NCBI GenBank assembly: GCA_030390025.1
Contig: CM059446.1
Span: forward strand, 5,952,001 to 6,016,000
Length of the DNA: 64,000 bases
From: Squalus acanthias
Taxonomy: Eukaryota
Direction: 5' to 3'
Positions within the stretch are counted from its first letter, which is position 1. The number at the start of each line of letters is the position of its first letter. This document shows, in pieces, positions 50,253 to 63,177 of the stretch. The notes under the pieces are model-generated. The model was not told the origin of the DNA. It was given only the letters and a program-made list of their open reading frames with translations, and made no database searches. The translations under genes and the position numbers were made by a program.

Positions 50253-50629
50253 AGAATTGGAGCTTTTGCCCTTGGCTTCTCTTGTTTTCACTTGGTGCTG
50301 AATGGCAGTTTTCGACACCAGACTCCACAATGGCGAATACACCTTCATTGATTGGAGTGCGGGCTGGGATTTTCCTCTTTCTAACCTGCTAATTTACGCA
50401 CCCCTCCCCCGCCGCCCCACAAATCTCCCATCCACTTTAGCGCTTGCTGCTTTACTGATGTACTGAGTTTGCATCTTTTACTTGCTTAAAGACCAGGGCA
50501 CTCTGCAAAATGGGGACCAGCAGGAGAAAAGGTTAGGACTGGGAGAGAGTAGTTGCTGCAAGATGTGATAGTGAGAGGGGCACCGGCGAGTGAGGCTTTG
50601 CTGTGGAGGTGGGGCCAGGTTCAGGATGC

Positions 50630-50986
50630 AAGCAACAAGAACAACTTCTATTTATATAGCGCCTTTAACGTAGTAAAACAGCCCAAGGCGCTTCGTGTGA
50701 GTGTTATCAAACAAAATTTGACCCCAAGCCGCGTGAGGAGATGTTGGGACAGGTGGCGAGGTAGGTTTTTAAAGAGTAACTTAAAGGAGGAGAGCGCGGT
50801 AGAGGGGCGGAGAGGTTTAGGGAGGGAATTCCAGAGCTTCGGGCCCAGGCAGCTGAAGGCACGGCCGCCAAAGGTGGAGCGATGAGAATCGTGGCTGCGG
50901 AGGAGGGCAGAGATCTCGGAGGATTGTCGGGCTGGAGGAGACTAGAGATGGGGAGGGGCGAGCCCATGGAGGGATTTGAAAACCAG
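50630..50986 (-). mobile_element. L2-type LINE 3' end
   Basis: Reverse-complement L2 tail. Confidence 0.85.
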
Positions 50987-51634
50987 GCTGAGAACCAGAT
51001 AGCTGTCTTGCTGCTGCCATGACCGATCTGGAGTCACGGCCCCAGCAGGTACGTACGGCCACACCTCGAACCTAATGCAACACCGAGAGAAACAGGAGGG
51101 TCTCGGACCTGCGCTGAGAGGGAGCAGCGAGCCTCAGACTGGGAGAGAACAGTATAGGTTTGGGTTGGGAGGGAGTTGTTAGACATTTGTTTCTGAGTTC
51201 TGAGGGTGGGAGGGAGACGGGAAGCAACAAGACTAGGATGGAGTGGCGCGGTTGTGAGCCAGGGAGGACATAGGAGGCAGCAGGACCTAGAAGTCAGAAC
51301 TAAAATAGCAAACAAATTGGAAACACACTTTGTTAACATTGATATTTATTGTCACCCCTATGGATTGAAGAATACCTTCTCTTTGCAAATTGGCTTGCTC
51401 TGAGGTTGTGTGTGTGTGTGTGTTTTTACATCAAATCAATAAAAAGATATGCTGCACAGGCAAGGTGTTAAAGTCCACGAAGCTCTGCTCAGAATGACTT
51501 TTCAACCTTTTTAAAGCCAACAGCAAATTGGAAGTTCAGGAGCAAGGAGTATTTTTGGAATGGTTTAACTCCTACTTTGCATTTCTTGATTGGTTCATTG
51601 TAGCAATCAATGCTTGCTGCGACTGAACCGTGAA

Positions 51635-52048
51635 GAGAAAGAAAGACTTTTATACAGCACCTTGCACAATCTCAGCACATCTCAAAGCGCTTCGCAGCCA
51701 ATGAAGTACTTTTTGGAGTGTAGTCGCTGTTACAATGTTGAAAACGCAGCAGCCAATTTGCGCACAGCAAGCTCCCACAAACCGCAATGAGATAAATGAT
51801 CAGATAATCTGACTTGGGTCTTGGTTGAGGGATAAATATTGGCCAAGACGCCGGGGAGAACTCCCCTGCTCCTCTTCGACGTAGTGGCCGTGTGATCTTT
51901 TACATCCGCCGAGGGGGACAGATGGGACCTCGGTTTAACGTCTTATCCAAAAGACGGCACCTCCGACAGTGCAGGCACTCCCTCAGCACTGCACTGGGAG
52001 TGTCAGCCTGGATTATGTGATCAAGTCTCTGGAATGGATTTGAACACC
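51635..52048 (-). mobile_element. DeuSINE
   Basis: Reverse complement of core and tail. Confidence 0.85.
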
Positions 52049-52304
52049 AATTGAAGCAATTTTCGTGGAGCAGATTTCGGTAACTTTGCACAGTGTGCCA
52101 TTTATGATATTTTGAATCACGAGTCTAGAAGCCCTGTACCTTTTTTGCCTCCTAATAAGGGCACAGATTCGCTGGCAACACACTGGCTAAATCAGTTTTC
52201 CCTCTCTGCAGTGCCCAGGTGCATCCTCTTAGTGTTTTGCAGCCACGTACTCCCCATCCAACCAATAGCCATATAAGGAAGTTACGCTAATCCTTTATAA
52301 ATCA

Positions 52305-52856
52305 CTGGTTAGGACCCAGCATTGGGGCCAATTCTGGGAACCACACTTTAGGAAAGATGTCAAGGCCTTGGAGAGGGTGCAGAGATTTACTAGAATTATA
52401 CCGGGGATGAGGGACTTCAGTTATGTGAAGAGATTAGAGAAGCTGGGATTGTTCACCTTAGAGCAGAAAAGGTGAAGAGGAGATTTAAGTGAGGTGTTCA
52501 AAATTATGAAGGGTTTTGGTAGAGCTAAATAAGGAGAAACTGTTTCCACTGGCAGGAGGATCGGCAACCAGAGGACACAGATTTAAGATCATTGACAAAA
52601 GAGCCAGAAGGGGGACAAGACCTTTTTTTGCGCAGCGAGTCGTTGGAATTTGGAATGCGCTGCCTGAAAGGGCGGTGGAAGCAGATTCAATGGTAACTTT
52701 CAAAAGGGAATTGGATAAATACTTGAAAAGGAAAAATTTGCAGGGGCTTTGGGGAAAGAGCAGGGGGTAAGTGGGACTAACTGGAGAGCTCTTTCAAAGG
52801 GCAGGCCCAAGCACAATGGGCCAAATGGCCTCCTTCCGTGCTGTAAGATTGTATGA
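52305..52856 (+). mobile_element. CR1 3' fragment
   Basis: ORF 52516-52770 (TRGHRFK...FFAQRVVGIWNALP). Confidence 0.88.
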
Positions 52857-53789
52857 ATGTGAAGACTAAAACTCGGCAAAATTTTAGCTGTCTGTGTCCT
52901 GTTCCTAACAGCCCATCCTTCTCAACCTCTGGGTTCATACAGGACCACCTAGAAAATCAGCAAAAACTGGAGTATAGCCTTGATTATAAGCCTATACTAT
53001 GGAGAGTCAAGCAGTTACATGGTCTTTATAACTTGGGCTGTAGATTTCTTCATTTATATTGAAGAGGGAAAGGTTAGTACATGAAATCCTGAAGGGAAAT
53101 GCATATGGTGAAGCATTTTGGCGTTTTATTTGGTGCATTTTCCAGCATTTTGTAATCTATAATCAACAGGACCATTGCGTGCCTGATTCACCCCACAGGA
53201 GATATTTGTTGAATTTTGATGAAAATTAATCTCAGCCATTTGAGAGTGAATGATTTTTCTTTATATTTTGAAACAACTTTCTCCCAGTAGATGTAAGCAA
53301 TCTTTGACTCTTCCCATCCCTCCTCAAAGAATGGGTCCAGCTTGGTCCCTCTCATTATTGCTCCCTCAGTTCTCCGCAGTGCTGGTGCTTCATGCCCCTT
53401 TCACTCCCCTTTCCGCTTCTCCCTTTCCCTGTCACCTCCACTCCCCCCCCGCCCCCAATTCCTCTCCTTTTTTACTTTCCCCACAATCCCTCCATTGTTC
53501 TTACTCGAGTCTTGCTGCGGTACACCGTGGGCAGGAATCCCCATTATCGCAGCTCCTTGGCGTCTTGTAGTTAAGAGGCAGGATTAGGGAAGCTACAGTT
53601 TCTGTTCAGTACGGACAGTCAATGCTTTGGGGGCCTAAAGCATTGACAGTCCATGCTAATCCCCTCCTCTGAACTCTAAGCTATGAAAGAGTGGCTGTTG
53701 CTGATAATCAAGTCACTGATTTACGATATCCGAATGGTGCTTTTACTGCATGGCATTTAGCATTTTTACCAGTATTGTCGGATCACGTT

Positions 53790-54213
53790 CACCATCTCGC
53801 CTCTGAGTCAGAAGGTCGTGGGTTCATGCTCCACTCCAGAGACGTGACCCATGCTGACACTTACCGTGCAGTACTACACTGTCGGAGGTGCCGTCGTTTG
53901 GATGAGACGTTAAACCGAGGCCTCGTCTGCTCTCTCAGGTGGATGTAAAAAATCCTATGACACTATTCGAAGAAGAGCAGGGGGGAGTTCTCCCCGGTGC
54001 CCTGTGGCCAATATTTATCCCTCAACCAACATAACTAAAACAGATTACCTGATCATTATCACATTGCTGTTTATGGGAGCTTGCTGTGCGCAAACTGGCT
54101 GCCGCGTTTCCTACATTACAACAGTGACTCCACTTCTAAAGTACTTAATTGGCTGTAAAGCGCTTTGGGACATCCTGAGGTTGTGAAAGGCGCTATAGAA
54201 ATGCAAGTCTTTT
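53790..54213 (+). mobile_element. DeuSINE
   Basis: Head remnant, core and tail. Confidence 0.85.
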
Positions 54214-54812
54214 CCCCTCTGTAAAAATAAATTGCAAACCAGTATCTTTGTCGATGGCCATAGCCTTATATTGATGGGTGGTTACCATCTGTAGAACGTG
54301 CCCCTTAATTGCTCACAGCAATATAATTCCTCTCGATATGTAACCGGATATAACGGCAAACCATTGCATAATCAAGATTGCACTGAGTCAATCATTAATA
54401 TATAGCCTGCAGAATAAAAAAAACACATCCCTTATGGGACCGTGCTATCAATCAGATTCAGAACAGCTTTTCCCACTGCTGGCAGCTTTAGGAGACTGCA
54501 TTTATTTTTTAATTTGCGTTTTTAAATTTGCAACATATAGTGAGTATTTATAACCTACTGATGGATTATGATTTTATCACAAAGCAATTCCAGCATTATT
54601 GCATGGCAGCAATCCTATTGGTATTACATTATACTGCAGCTTTTCAAACTGTAGCCCGTGAAGTCATCAGATTTCTCTGTGTCTCATCAAATTTCTGTAT
54701 TTCTGGACTTATTAGCACATTATTACTTGTGCTGCATGTACTAATAGAGACTGTTTTTCAATGCGATCACTGTCCCTTTGGATAGTTGACCTGGCCTTTC
54801 ACAAATTAGGAT

Positions 54813-55586
54813 GGGGGTCCCTGGGAGTGTGTCAGTATTTACAGGGGGTCCCCGGGAGTGTGTCAGTATTTACAGGGGGTCCCCGGGAGTGTGTCAGTAT
54901 TTACAGGGGGTCCCCGGGAGTGTGTCAGTATTTACAGGGGGTCCCCGGGAGTGTGTCAGTATTTACAGGGGGTCCCTGGGAGTGTGTCAGTATTTACACG
55001 GGATCCCCGGGAGTGTGTCAGTATTTACAGGGGGTCCCCGGGAGTGTGTCAGTATTTACAGGGGGTCCCCGGGAGTGTGTCAGTATTTACAGGGGGTCCC
55101 CGGGAGTGTGTCAGTATTTACAGGGGTTCCCCGGGAGGGTGTCAGTATTTACAGGGGATCCCCGGGAGTGTGCCAGTATTTACAGGGGATCCCCGGGAGT
55201 GTGCCAGTATTTACAGGGGGTCCCCGGGAGTGTGTCAGTATTTACAGGGGTCCCGGGGAGAGTGTGTCAGTATTTACAGGTGGTCCCCAGGAGTGTGTCA
55301 GTATTTACAGGGGGTTCCCCGGGGAGTGTGTCAGTATTTACAGGGGGTCCCCGGGAGTGTGTCAGTATTTACAGGGGGTCCCCGGGAGTGTGTCAGTATT
55401 TACAGGGGGTCCCCGGGAGTGTGTCAGTATTTACAGGGGGTCCCCGGGAGTGTGTCAGTATTTACAGGGGGTCCCCGGGAGTGTGTCAGTATTTACAGGG
55501 GTTCCCCGGGAGTGTGTCAGTATTTACAGGGGGGTCCCTGGGAGTGTGTCAGTATTTACAGGGGTTCCCGGGAGTGTGTCAATACT
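54813..55586. repeat. 31-bp minisatellite, about 25 units (gggagtgtgtcagtatttacagggggtcccc)
   Basis: Tandem array visible directly; ORF translations repeat every 31 aa. Confidence 0.97.
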
Positions 55587-55726
55587 TGGGGAGAGGATGA
55601 CCCCATACAGAAACATTTAAAACCTCAAACAGTTGGGGAAAGTTTGCTGTGACGATATTTTCTGTGGGGAAAAAAATAATTGTAATGCGTGACCTGATAT
55701 GAGGGAACAACTAGTTACAGGAACAA

Positions 55727-56020
55727 CAACAGAAAATGCTGGAAATACTCAGCAGGTCAGGCAGCATCGTGGAGAGAGAAACAGAGTTAACGTTTCAGGT
55801 CTGTGACCCTTCGTCAGAACTGGAAAAGGTTAGAGATGTAACAGATTTTTAAGCAAGTGCAGGGGCGGGGAGAGGGGGGAGGAAAGAACAAAAGGGAAGG
55901 TCTGTGATAGGATGGAAGGCAGGAGAGATTAAATGACAAAAGGGATGATGGTGCAAGGCAAAAGGAATTGGTAATGGGACAAGTTAAGAAACAAAAATGA
56001 CTCTAGATGAAGTGTAAATG
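55727..56020 (-). mobile_element. Penelope-type pLTR fragment, family B, with hammerhead at 55785-55821
   Basis: agtt-CTGACGA-a-gggtc/aca/gacct-GAAACGTT-aact with longer upstream pLTR sequence. Confidence 0.72.
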
Positions 56021-57397
56021 GTTACAGGAACATCCTAATGAAATTAGGACACAACAGATAAAAGGGAAGCACACGGTAGAAAATTCCAGAAGCTTGTCAG
56101 AAGTGGTACATAAAAGGACGAAGAGACACCGTATTGCAGATTAAAAAATTATCTTTTAAGAAATGCAAATGAATAACTTACATAGAGAAGTAAAAAAACA
56201 AGCAGACAAAGACGTGGTAATCTGCATTGCTCACTTGACAAAGTGGAGCTGAGGCTGAAGATCAGCCATGATCTTACTGAATGGTGGAGCAGGCTCGAGG
56301 GGCCGTATGGCCGACTCCCGCTCCTATTTCTTGCGTTCTTATGACACGTCTGAGACTGAAAATGCTGCCTAAAAATCGTAGCGACTGCGGTTGTATTCGT
56401 ATACGTAGCGGTGGTCTTTTATGCTTCACAGAAAAAGCTTCGGAAATATGTCTCAGATTCCTGAGATGAGCCTCCGGTAGCTGACTCCAGTTAACCAGGC
56501 TGTGACACGATCGCCAGGCACTGTTTACCCGCTCTAAGAAAACAGAATGTCAGATCTTCTATGAGCGAGCGATTTTGAGAGGACTCTCCTGGGGCAGTAA
56601 ATTAAGTGCTGTAAATTCTGGAAATGGGATGGTGAATATTACACATTGCCTCTATTTCCTGTAATACCCTCTCTACCCTCTTTAACGTGGTTGCTGATTT
56701 GGAAAAGGCAATTACTGCGGTGACTTATTGCCCCTGGAGACCATTTGCTGTCTTACCCCCCCCCCCCCCCCCCGACCCCCCCTCACAAAGGTCATTGGCC
56801 TTGGATTTATGGATGTCACTGTTTAAGTCTAAATGCACTTTTGATTCGGATAGCTAGCTCAACTGACCTAGAATTTCAATTGCAGCAATTGAGCCGAACA
56901 GCGTCTCGTTTTGCTGCAGTCAATCTTTGAGACGATATAAACATTGGTTTCAACAGCGGAAAACAAATTGTGCTACTATGGCTGGCAGAATGACAAATTG
57001 TATTTTGCTTCAGTGTAAATATTTTACCAGAATTTGCTCTCCCAGATTCTTACCAACTCTCTCTTTTTATTAACTTTATCTGCGCTGTCCTGGGTAGAGC
57101 AAGCTTCACAATTAAAAGCATAATCCGTGTCCCATTGAGCAGTTGAGGAAAAGAATATGAGACTTGTATTTGTGTGGGGCCATAGATGTCTTCCAAATAT
57201 CTCAAAGCACTTCTCTGACAATGACTTTCTTTTGAAATGCAGTTACTGTCGGCATACATGGCACCCATTTGCACATCTATAGGCTCAACAAGAAAATCCA
57301 GTGAGACAAATAACCAGTTAATCTATTTTCGGTGATGTTGGTTGTAATGGGAACGTTAGCCAGGACACTAAGAATGCTCTCTTTCGAAAAGTGCCAT

Positions 57398-57870
57398 TTA
57401 AAAAAAAAAATTAAAAAAATTATTATTCGTTTTTATGGGATGTGGGCGTCGCTGGCAAGGCCAGCATTTATTGCCCATCCCTAATTGCCCTTGAGAAGGT
57501 GGTGGTGAGCCGCTTTCTTGAACCGCTGCAGTCCGTGTGGTGAAGGTGCTCCCACAGTGCTGTTGGGGAGGGAGTTCCAGGATTTTGACCCAGCAATGAT
57601 GAAGGATCGGCTGATATACTTCTAATTCAGGATGGTGTGTGACTTGGAGGGGAACTTGGAGGTGGTGGTGTTCCCATGCGCCTGCTGCCCTTGTCCATCT
57701 AGGTGGAAGAGGTCGTGGGTTTGGGAGGTTCTGCCAAAGAAGCCTTGGCGAGTTGCTGCAGTGCATCTTGTAGATGGTACACACTGCAGCCACGGTGTGC
57801 CGGTGGTGGAGGGAGTGAATGTTTAAGGTGGTGGATGGGGTGCCGATCAAGGGGGCTGCTCTGTCCTTGG
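57398..57870 (-). mobile_element. LINE family X 3' fragment
   Basis: ORF 57398-57850 matches 36688-37062. Confidence 0.88.
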
Positions 57871-58068
57871 TTTATAACATCCACTTGAACACCTGGACCA
57901 AGCGTGCAGAACCTAACTCACTGTCCCATCTGAAGGATAGCATTTCTAGAAGGCAACTCTTCCTCATTACTGCACTGGCGATCTCAGAATGTGATCACAA
58001 ATTCTGCGACATGACGGTTTAAAGAAGTTTACCAATCACTGTTTCCTGGTTTATTAATAAAAAATACT

Positions 58069-58886
58069 GGGGGGGGGGAATTGGGTATCGCCCATTTTGG
58101 GGCGCTAATATTGGCCGGGCGCAAAGTTTAGCGCCCGGCGCTAATTATCGCCTCCAACTGCAAAATTCGCCTCTATCGCCCCTGGAGGTGATTTGAGCGC
58201 TAAATCCGGTGCTACACACCTCTCTTGGTGCTAACGTCGGGGAACGAGGCGCTACCTCAGAACGCTACCGAAGCTCAGGCGATGTCTGTTACCATGGAAG
58301 CCAGACAGACTGGCGCTGTCCAGTTTTTAAAGGGGTGGGGCCATCTTGCTGGCCGGCCACTCCCTGCTCATTGCAGCCTTGAATCTCGGCCTGGAGAGAC
58401 CTCTAAAGTAATTGTGTTGGAAGCACTAATGGATTGGCCCAGGGAAAGAGCTCGGCACTGAGGAACATCAAAAGTGGTGCTGAGGACCAAAACTCCTTAA
58501 GACAGCATTGAGTCTCTCCAGACGTCTGTCTCCCTCTCAACCTGCGTGTACCAAAAATTTTGCCGACAAAAATCAGGAATCCCCCGCCTTTAAATAGCGC
58601 TCCCCCAGCCCCTTCCTGACTTGAAAACGTTCCCCTCTACCTGTCGTTCCTAGCGGCAGGCGCTAAGGCAGGGGGCGCGACTCAATTTCCAGTTGCACGC
58701 TTGCATGACGTCACGATCTGCAGGCGCAGAAGATCGTGGCAGTAGTGTTTAGCACCAGTGCAAAATGGCAGGTCAGTTTTGCGAGCAGCGCTAAAATTGC
58801 AGTGCTCGGGCGCTAAGTTGCTAGCGCCCCGTTAGCGCCCCCCAGAGGTGCCAATGGGAGGCGCTAGCCAACCAAATTTTTCCCCC
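58069..58886. mobile_element. GC-rich MITE, same family as 9053-9737 in opposite orientation
   Basis: Termini gggggggaatt / aatttttccccc; subterminal tagcgcccc repeats shared with the 9-kb copy. Confidence 0.7.
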
Positions 58887-59892
58887 TTGGTGTTGTGCGC
58901 CAAGCTCTTAAGTGTCAAATCTACTGATCAGTTACAAAGTTGGACCAAGCAAAAAGGAATCATAGAATGTCACAGCACAGAAGGAGGCCATTCGGCCCGT
59001 CGTGCCTGTGCCGGCTCTTTGACAGAGCTGTCCGATTAATCCCATTTCCCTGCACTTTTCCCATAGCCCTGAACATTTTTGGTTTTCAAGTATTTATTCA
59101 ATTCCCTTTTGAAAGTTATTTCAAAAAAAAAGGAGGATCTTGAAGGAGGAGAGGGAGTTGGAGAGGCGGAAGGAATTGGCAAGAATGCGGCCTGAGTGGC
59201 TGAAGGCATGGCCACTAATGGTGGGACGAAGAGAGCGAGGGATGCACAAGAGACTGGAGGGAAAAGTGCGGAGATTTATGGGGGGGCGGGTGATGAGTTG
59301 TAAAGCTGGAAGAAGTTACGGAACCAAGGAGGGAATGAAGCCATGTAAGAATTTAAAATTGGGGCGTTGAGAGGACCAGATGCCAATGTAGGTCAGTGAG
59401 GACAGGCAAGATGGACGAGTGTTTCTTGGTACGGGATATGACACGAGCAGCAATAATCAGGGTGATCTGAAGTTTATGGAGGGTGGACAATGGGAGGCCA
59501 GCCAGGACAGCATTGGAGTAATAGAGTCTGGTGGTGATCAATGCATAGATGAAGGTTTCAGCAGCAAATAGACTGTGGTAGGGGCAGAGATGGATGTATG
59601 AAGAAGGTTTGAGGTTGGAAGCTTAATTGGGGTCTGACAGGATGCTGAGGTTGTGAACAGCTTGGAACAGTGGCCAGATAGAGGGATGGAACCGATGACC
59701 AGTGTACAGAGTTTGTGGAGGGGACGGAAGACAGTAGCTTCGGTCTTCCCAACTTTCAGCTGGAGAAAGTTGCAGCTCATCCAAGACTAGTTGTTGGAGA
59801 AGCAGTCTGACAGCACAGAAGCAGTGGAGATGCCAAGAGAGATGGCGGAGAGGTAGAACTGGGTGTCATTGGTGTATGTGTAGATAATGTTG

Positions 59893-60755
59893 ATGATGTG
59901 GAGATGCCGGCGTTGGACTGGGGTGGACAAAAATGAGAAGTCGCACAACACCAGGTTATAGTCCAACAGATTTATTTAAAATTACAAGCTTTCGGAGCTG
60001 TTGCCCCTTCCTCAGGTACAGTTACTGTGAGACAATCTACCAGAATTCACAGAATATAAACACAGAGAAAATGCATTCAATCTTTCCCTACATCAAAGAC
60101 ACACTAAGAGTACAGCCAAGACAATGAGATGTGTCCCAGGGGGTCCAACGTGTCAAAACACCTGCTGGCTGCATATCCTCTCCATTTGGGTTTGTTTCTT
60201 GTGTTTGTTTTTTTAAAAAGCTGGAAAGACCGGCAACGATGTCAAGTCACGTTCTGTAACGTGACATGAACCCGATATCCCGATTGAGGCCATCCTCATG
60301 AGTGCGGAACTTGGCTATCAGTTTCTGCTCGATGATTTTGCGTTGTCGTGTATCCTGAAGGCCGCCTTGGAGAACGCTAACCCGCAGATCCGAGGCTGAA
60401 TGCCCTTGACTGCTGAAGTGTTCCCCGACTGGGAGGCAACCCTCCTGCCTGGCGATTGTTGTGCGGTTTCCGTTCATACGTTGTCTCAGTGTCTGCATGG
60501 TCTCGCCGATGTACCATGCTCTGTGGCATCCTTTACTGCAACGTATCCCTGGGACACATCTCATTGTCTTGGCTGTACTCTTAGTGTGTCTTTGATGTAG
60601 GGAAAGATTGAATGCATTTTCTCTGTTTATATTCTGTGAATTCTGGTAGATTGTCTCACAGTAACTGTACCTGAGGAAGGGGCGACAGCTTCGAAAGCTT
60701 GTAATTTTAAATAAATCTGTTGGACTATAACCTGGTGTTGTGCGACTTCTCATTT
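59893..60755 (-). mobile_element. Penelope-like retroelement, 5'-truncated, GIY-YIG endonuclease C-terminus, inverted pLTRs, 12-bp TSD
   Basis: ORF 60247-60771 contains RCSKGCHRAWYIGETMQTLRQRMN...VGEHF...EQKLIAKFRTHEDGLNRD. Inverted arms 59930-60141 / 60547-60756. Direct repeat tagataatgttg at 59881-59892 and 60756-60767. Confidence 0.92.
60668..60703 (+). ncRNA. Minimal type I hammerhead ribozyme motif (mirror copy on - strand at 59983-60018)
   Basis: tac-CTGAGGA-a-ggggc/gaca/gcttc-GAA-AGCT-T-gta. Confidence 0.7.
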
Positions 60756-62519
60756 TAGATAATGTTGCCAAGGGGGCAGCATGTAAATGAGGAAGAGGAA
60801 AGGGGGAGGGGGAATAGATTCTTGGGGAGCTCCATAGGAATGCCAGAAGAACATCCCAAGAGCAATATTCAAGTATTAGATGTATTTGGTCTTCATGAAG
60901 TGTTGGGACTTGTTGAGGGAGACATGTAATGGAGATCAGTAATTCTATTTGACATCAGAGGAGATCATGACGGATGTAAATGTGGCCCGAGACCCAGTAT
61001 CAGAGGTGGCCTGGGCCTCACGATTCAGGCACAGGGATTGCTCCATGCTCCTCACGCCCCTCCAAAAGTGGGCACACTCAAACCTCGAGGCCACCATCTT
61101 TGTATCACTGTGGGCTTTCAATACAGTGCCTCCTGCCTCTTCCCTTCCACCACTCATTGCACCCTGGAGTGAAGAGCAAACAGAGGTTTGGAGCTCATGA
61201 GACACCAGTGCCCACTGCAAGGAGTTGAGCTTGTTTCCGAGTAAGTCAGAGACTGTCAGATTTTGCCTTTTCTCAAACTGAGAAGGTGCGAATTCCCCGC
61301 TCCACCTGAAATGTTCCATTTTGACAAAGAATTGATGAACTCATCATTGTGTGCGACAGGTCAGTTGGACTGAGACACAGCCTGGGGCCCCCAGGATGCC
61401 AATCGGAGCATCGAGAGCCTTCACCGGGTCACTGAAAAGGCGAATCATTTGTTTATGTTGAAGGGTTTGTTACTGGGATGAAGAGGGACTTATCCAGAGA
61501 GAGCAGCAACATATTTTAAACCCTGCTTTGACTTGCCCTGCCTGCCTGTATTTTGCGCTCGCTTTCAATTGTCGAATCGGCATTTTAAAAGAAAATGCAG
61601 TTGCACTTCAATTATAAGTAGAATAAGAGAATAGTAAAAAGCTTAATGTGCCCTTTGACATTTTCAAACAAATTGCCTGCCAGTGCGGATTACTTATGCT
61701 GACATATTTATGCTTCAGTAATTAAAATATGACGGTGCTATTTGACATTTTCCACGAGTGAATACAGGTTGTGTTTTATTTTGTCTTTTTTTTAAAGTAA
61801 TACTGACTTTCTAGAAAAATAATTGACGCCTTTGGTAGTCATTTTTAAATTAGTCCAGCACATTTCTTGCTCTGTGTTTTGGAACACCTGCATCCACTGT
61901 GGATTAACAGTAAATTAAGAGGAACATCACGGCAGAGCACGGAATTCCTGCGAGAAGAGAAAGGAAATGAAGTTTCTCGCTCGCATTTCCTCCGAAACCT
62001 ATTGCGTTTTTCGAGGAGCTGTCTTCTATGGCTTTGCACATCGCACTGAGGTTTGGGGCTAATCATGGTCCCTGCCGTAAGTCACAATGGTAAGCAAATT
62101 GCGAGCTGCCTCACTGCAAGGTGCCATCAAAATTCTCATTTAAATTTCAAATCTTGGGCATTAAGCGCCAAATAATTTGGATGATGGCTTCGTTTCACGC
62201 CTATGCAAACCTGAATAAGTGCCACACTTGACAAAATCGAATGCTCTTCCAAATATCCACGGGCAACACGCTGCTTCCCAGTACCACGGACTAACGGGGA
62301 TGTAATTCCGAGCCTTCCCTTTCCCACTTTAAAATAACGGATCAAATGCATTTTTCTTCCCTCTTCTCAAGCTGAGCTGGGATTAGATTGAACTGGTTGT
62401 CTCCTGGTGCTGCACGATTGGCTGAGATTGCTTCCAGCTCCTCCTCCTTCCCCCATTTGTCAGGGCGGTGATTGACTTTTGTGCGCAATCTCTAAATTGT
62501 CGACCCTATAGCTTGTGTT

Positions 62520-62880
62520 GCTGGTTGGGTGTGGTGATAGTGGTTACTGGTGGTGGTTGGTGGCAACAATTACTAGTGATGGTTCGTGGCAATAATTACT
62601 GGTGATAGTTAGTGATAATTACTGATAGTGGTTGGTGGTGGTGGATGGTGGGAGTTACTAGAGGAGGTAGTGAAGGTCGTTTTTTGGAATGGTAGTGGTT
62701 ACTGGTGGCTGATGATGGTTATCGGTAATGGTTTGTTGTAGTTATTGGCAGTGGCATTGGTTACAGGTGGTGGTAGTGGTTATTGGTAATGGATGGCGAT
62801 AATAATTACTGGTAGTTACTGATGGTGGTTAACTAGTCGTGCCTGGTGGCAGTAGTTATTGGCAATGATTATTGATGGTG
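62520..62880. repeat. Degenerate GGT/TGG-rich low-complexity repeat
   Basis: Repeated tggtggt and gttactggt words. Confidence 0.75.
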
Positions 62881-62955
62881 CTCGTTGAGGAAGGATCAAT
62901 TTTACATTAAAAAGAATGAGTGTCCTCCAACTGTTCTCGGCAAAACTTTGAAAAT

Positions 62956-63067
62956 CAAATAAAAACAGAAAATGCTGGAAATACTCAGTGGGCCAGGCAG
63001 CATCTGTGGAGAGAGAGAAAGTTAAAAACATTTTCTGTGTTTTATTTCAGATTTCCAGTTGCTTTTG
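62956..63067. mobile_element. Collapsed palindromic pLTR fragment, family B (hammerhead deleted)
   Basis: Left and right arm remnants like 14522-14748, with the centre missing. Confidence 0.65.
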
Positions 63068-63177
63068 AAGAACAAGTGTCTGGGGGTTCCTGTAAATTTC
63101 AGGTTTCTCCCACCATACCGCCCCAAAAAATAAAACCAAGTTTTACCTTTTGGTTGAACACTTGAGTTTTTGTGCAA

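Larger units (their letters stand above)
59130..60830 (-). mobile_element. Old L2 LINE fragment hosting the Penelope insertion
   Basis: Diverged homology to 29400-30310 (NFLQLKVGKTEA, TRLYYSNAVLAGLP); resumes after 60756. Confidence 0.75.

Noticed and set aside
51016-51054. gccATG...cag|gtacgt resembling a short alternative first exon
   Set aside because: Only a Kozak-like start and a donor-like motif; no promoter or homology support.
54813-55586. Possible CRISPR array
   Set aside because: Units are head-to-tail with no unique spacers, there are no cas genes, and the context is a vertebrate intron.
54761-55652. Three long overlapping ORFs (264-279 aa)
   Set aside because: By-product of a stop-free 31-bp tandem repeat; all three frames give the same permuted peptide.
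60945-61319. 124-aa ORF on the - strand in apparently unique sequence
   Set aside because: No recognisable domain or convincing splice structure.
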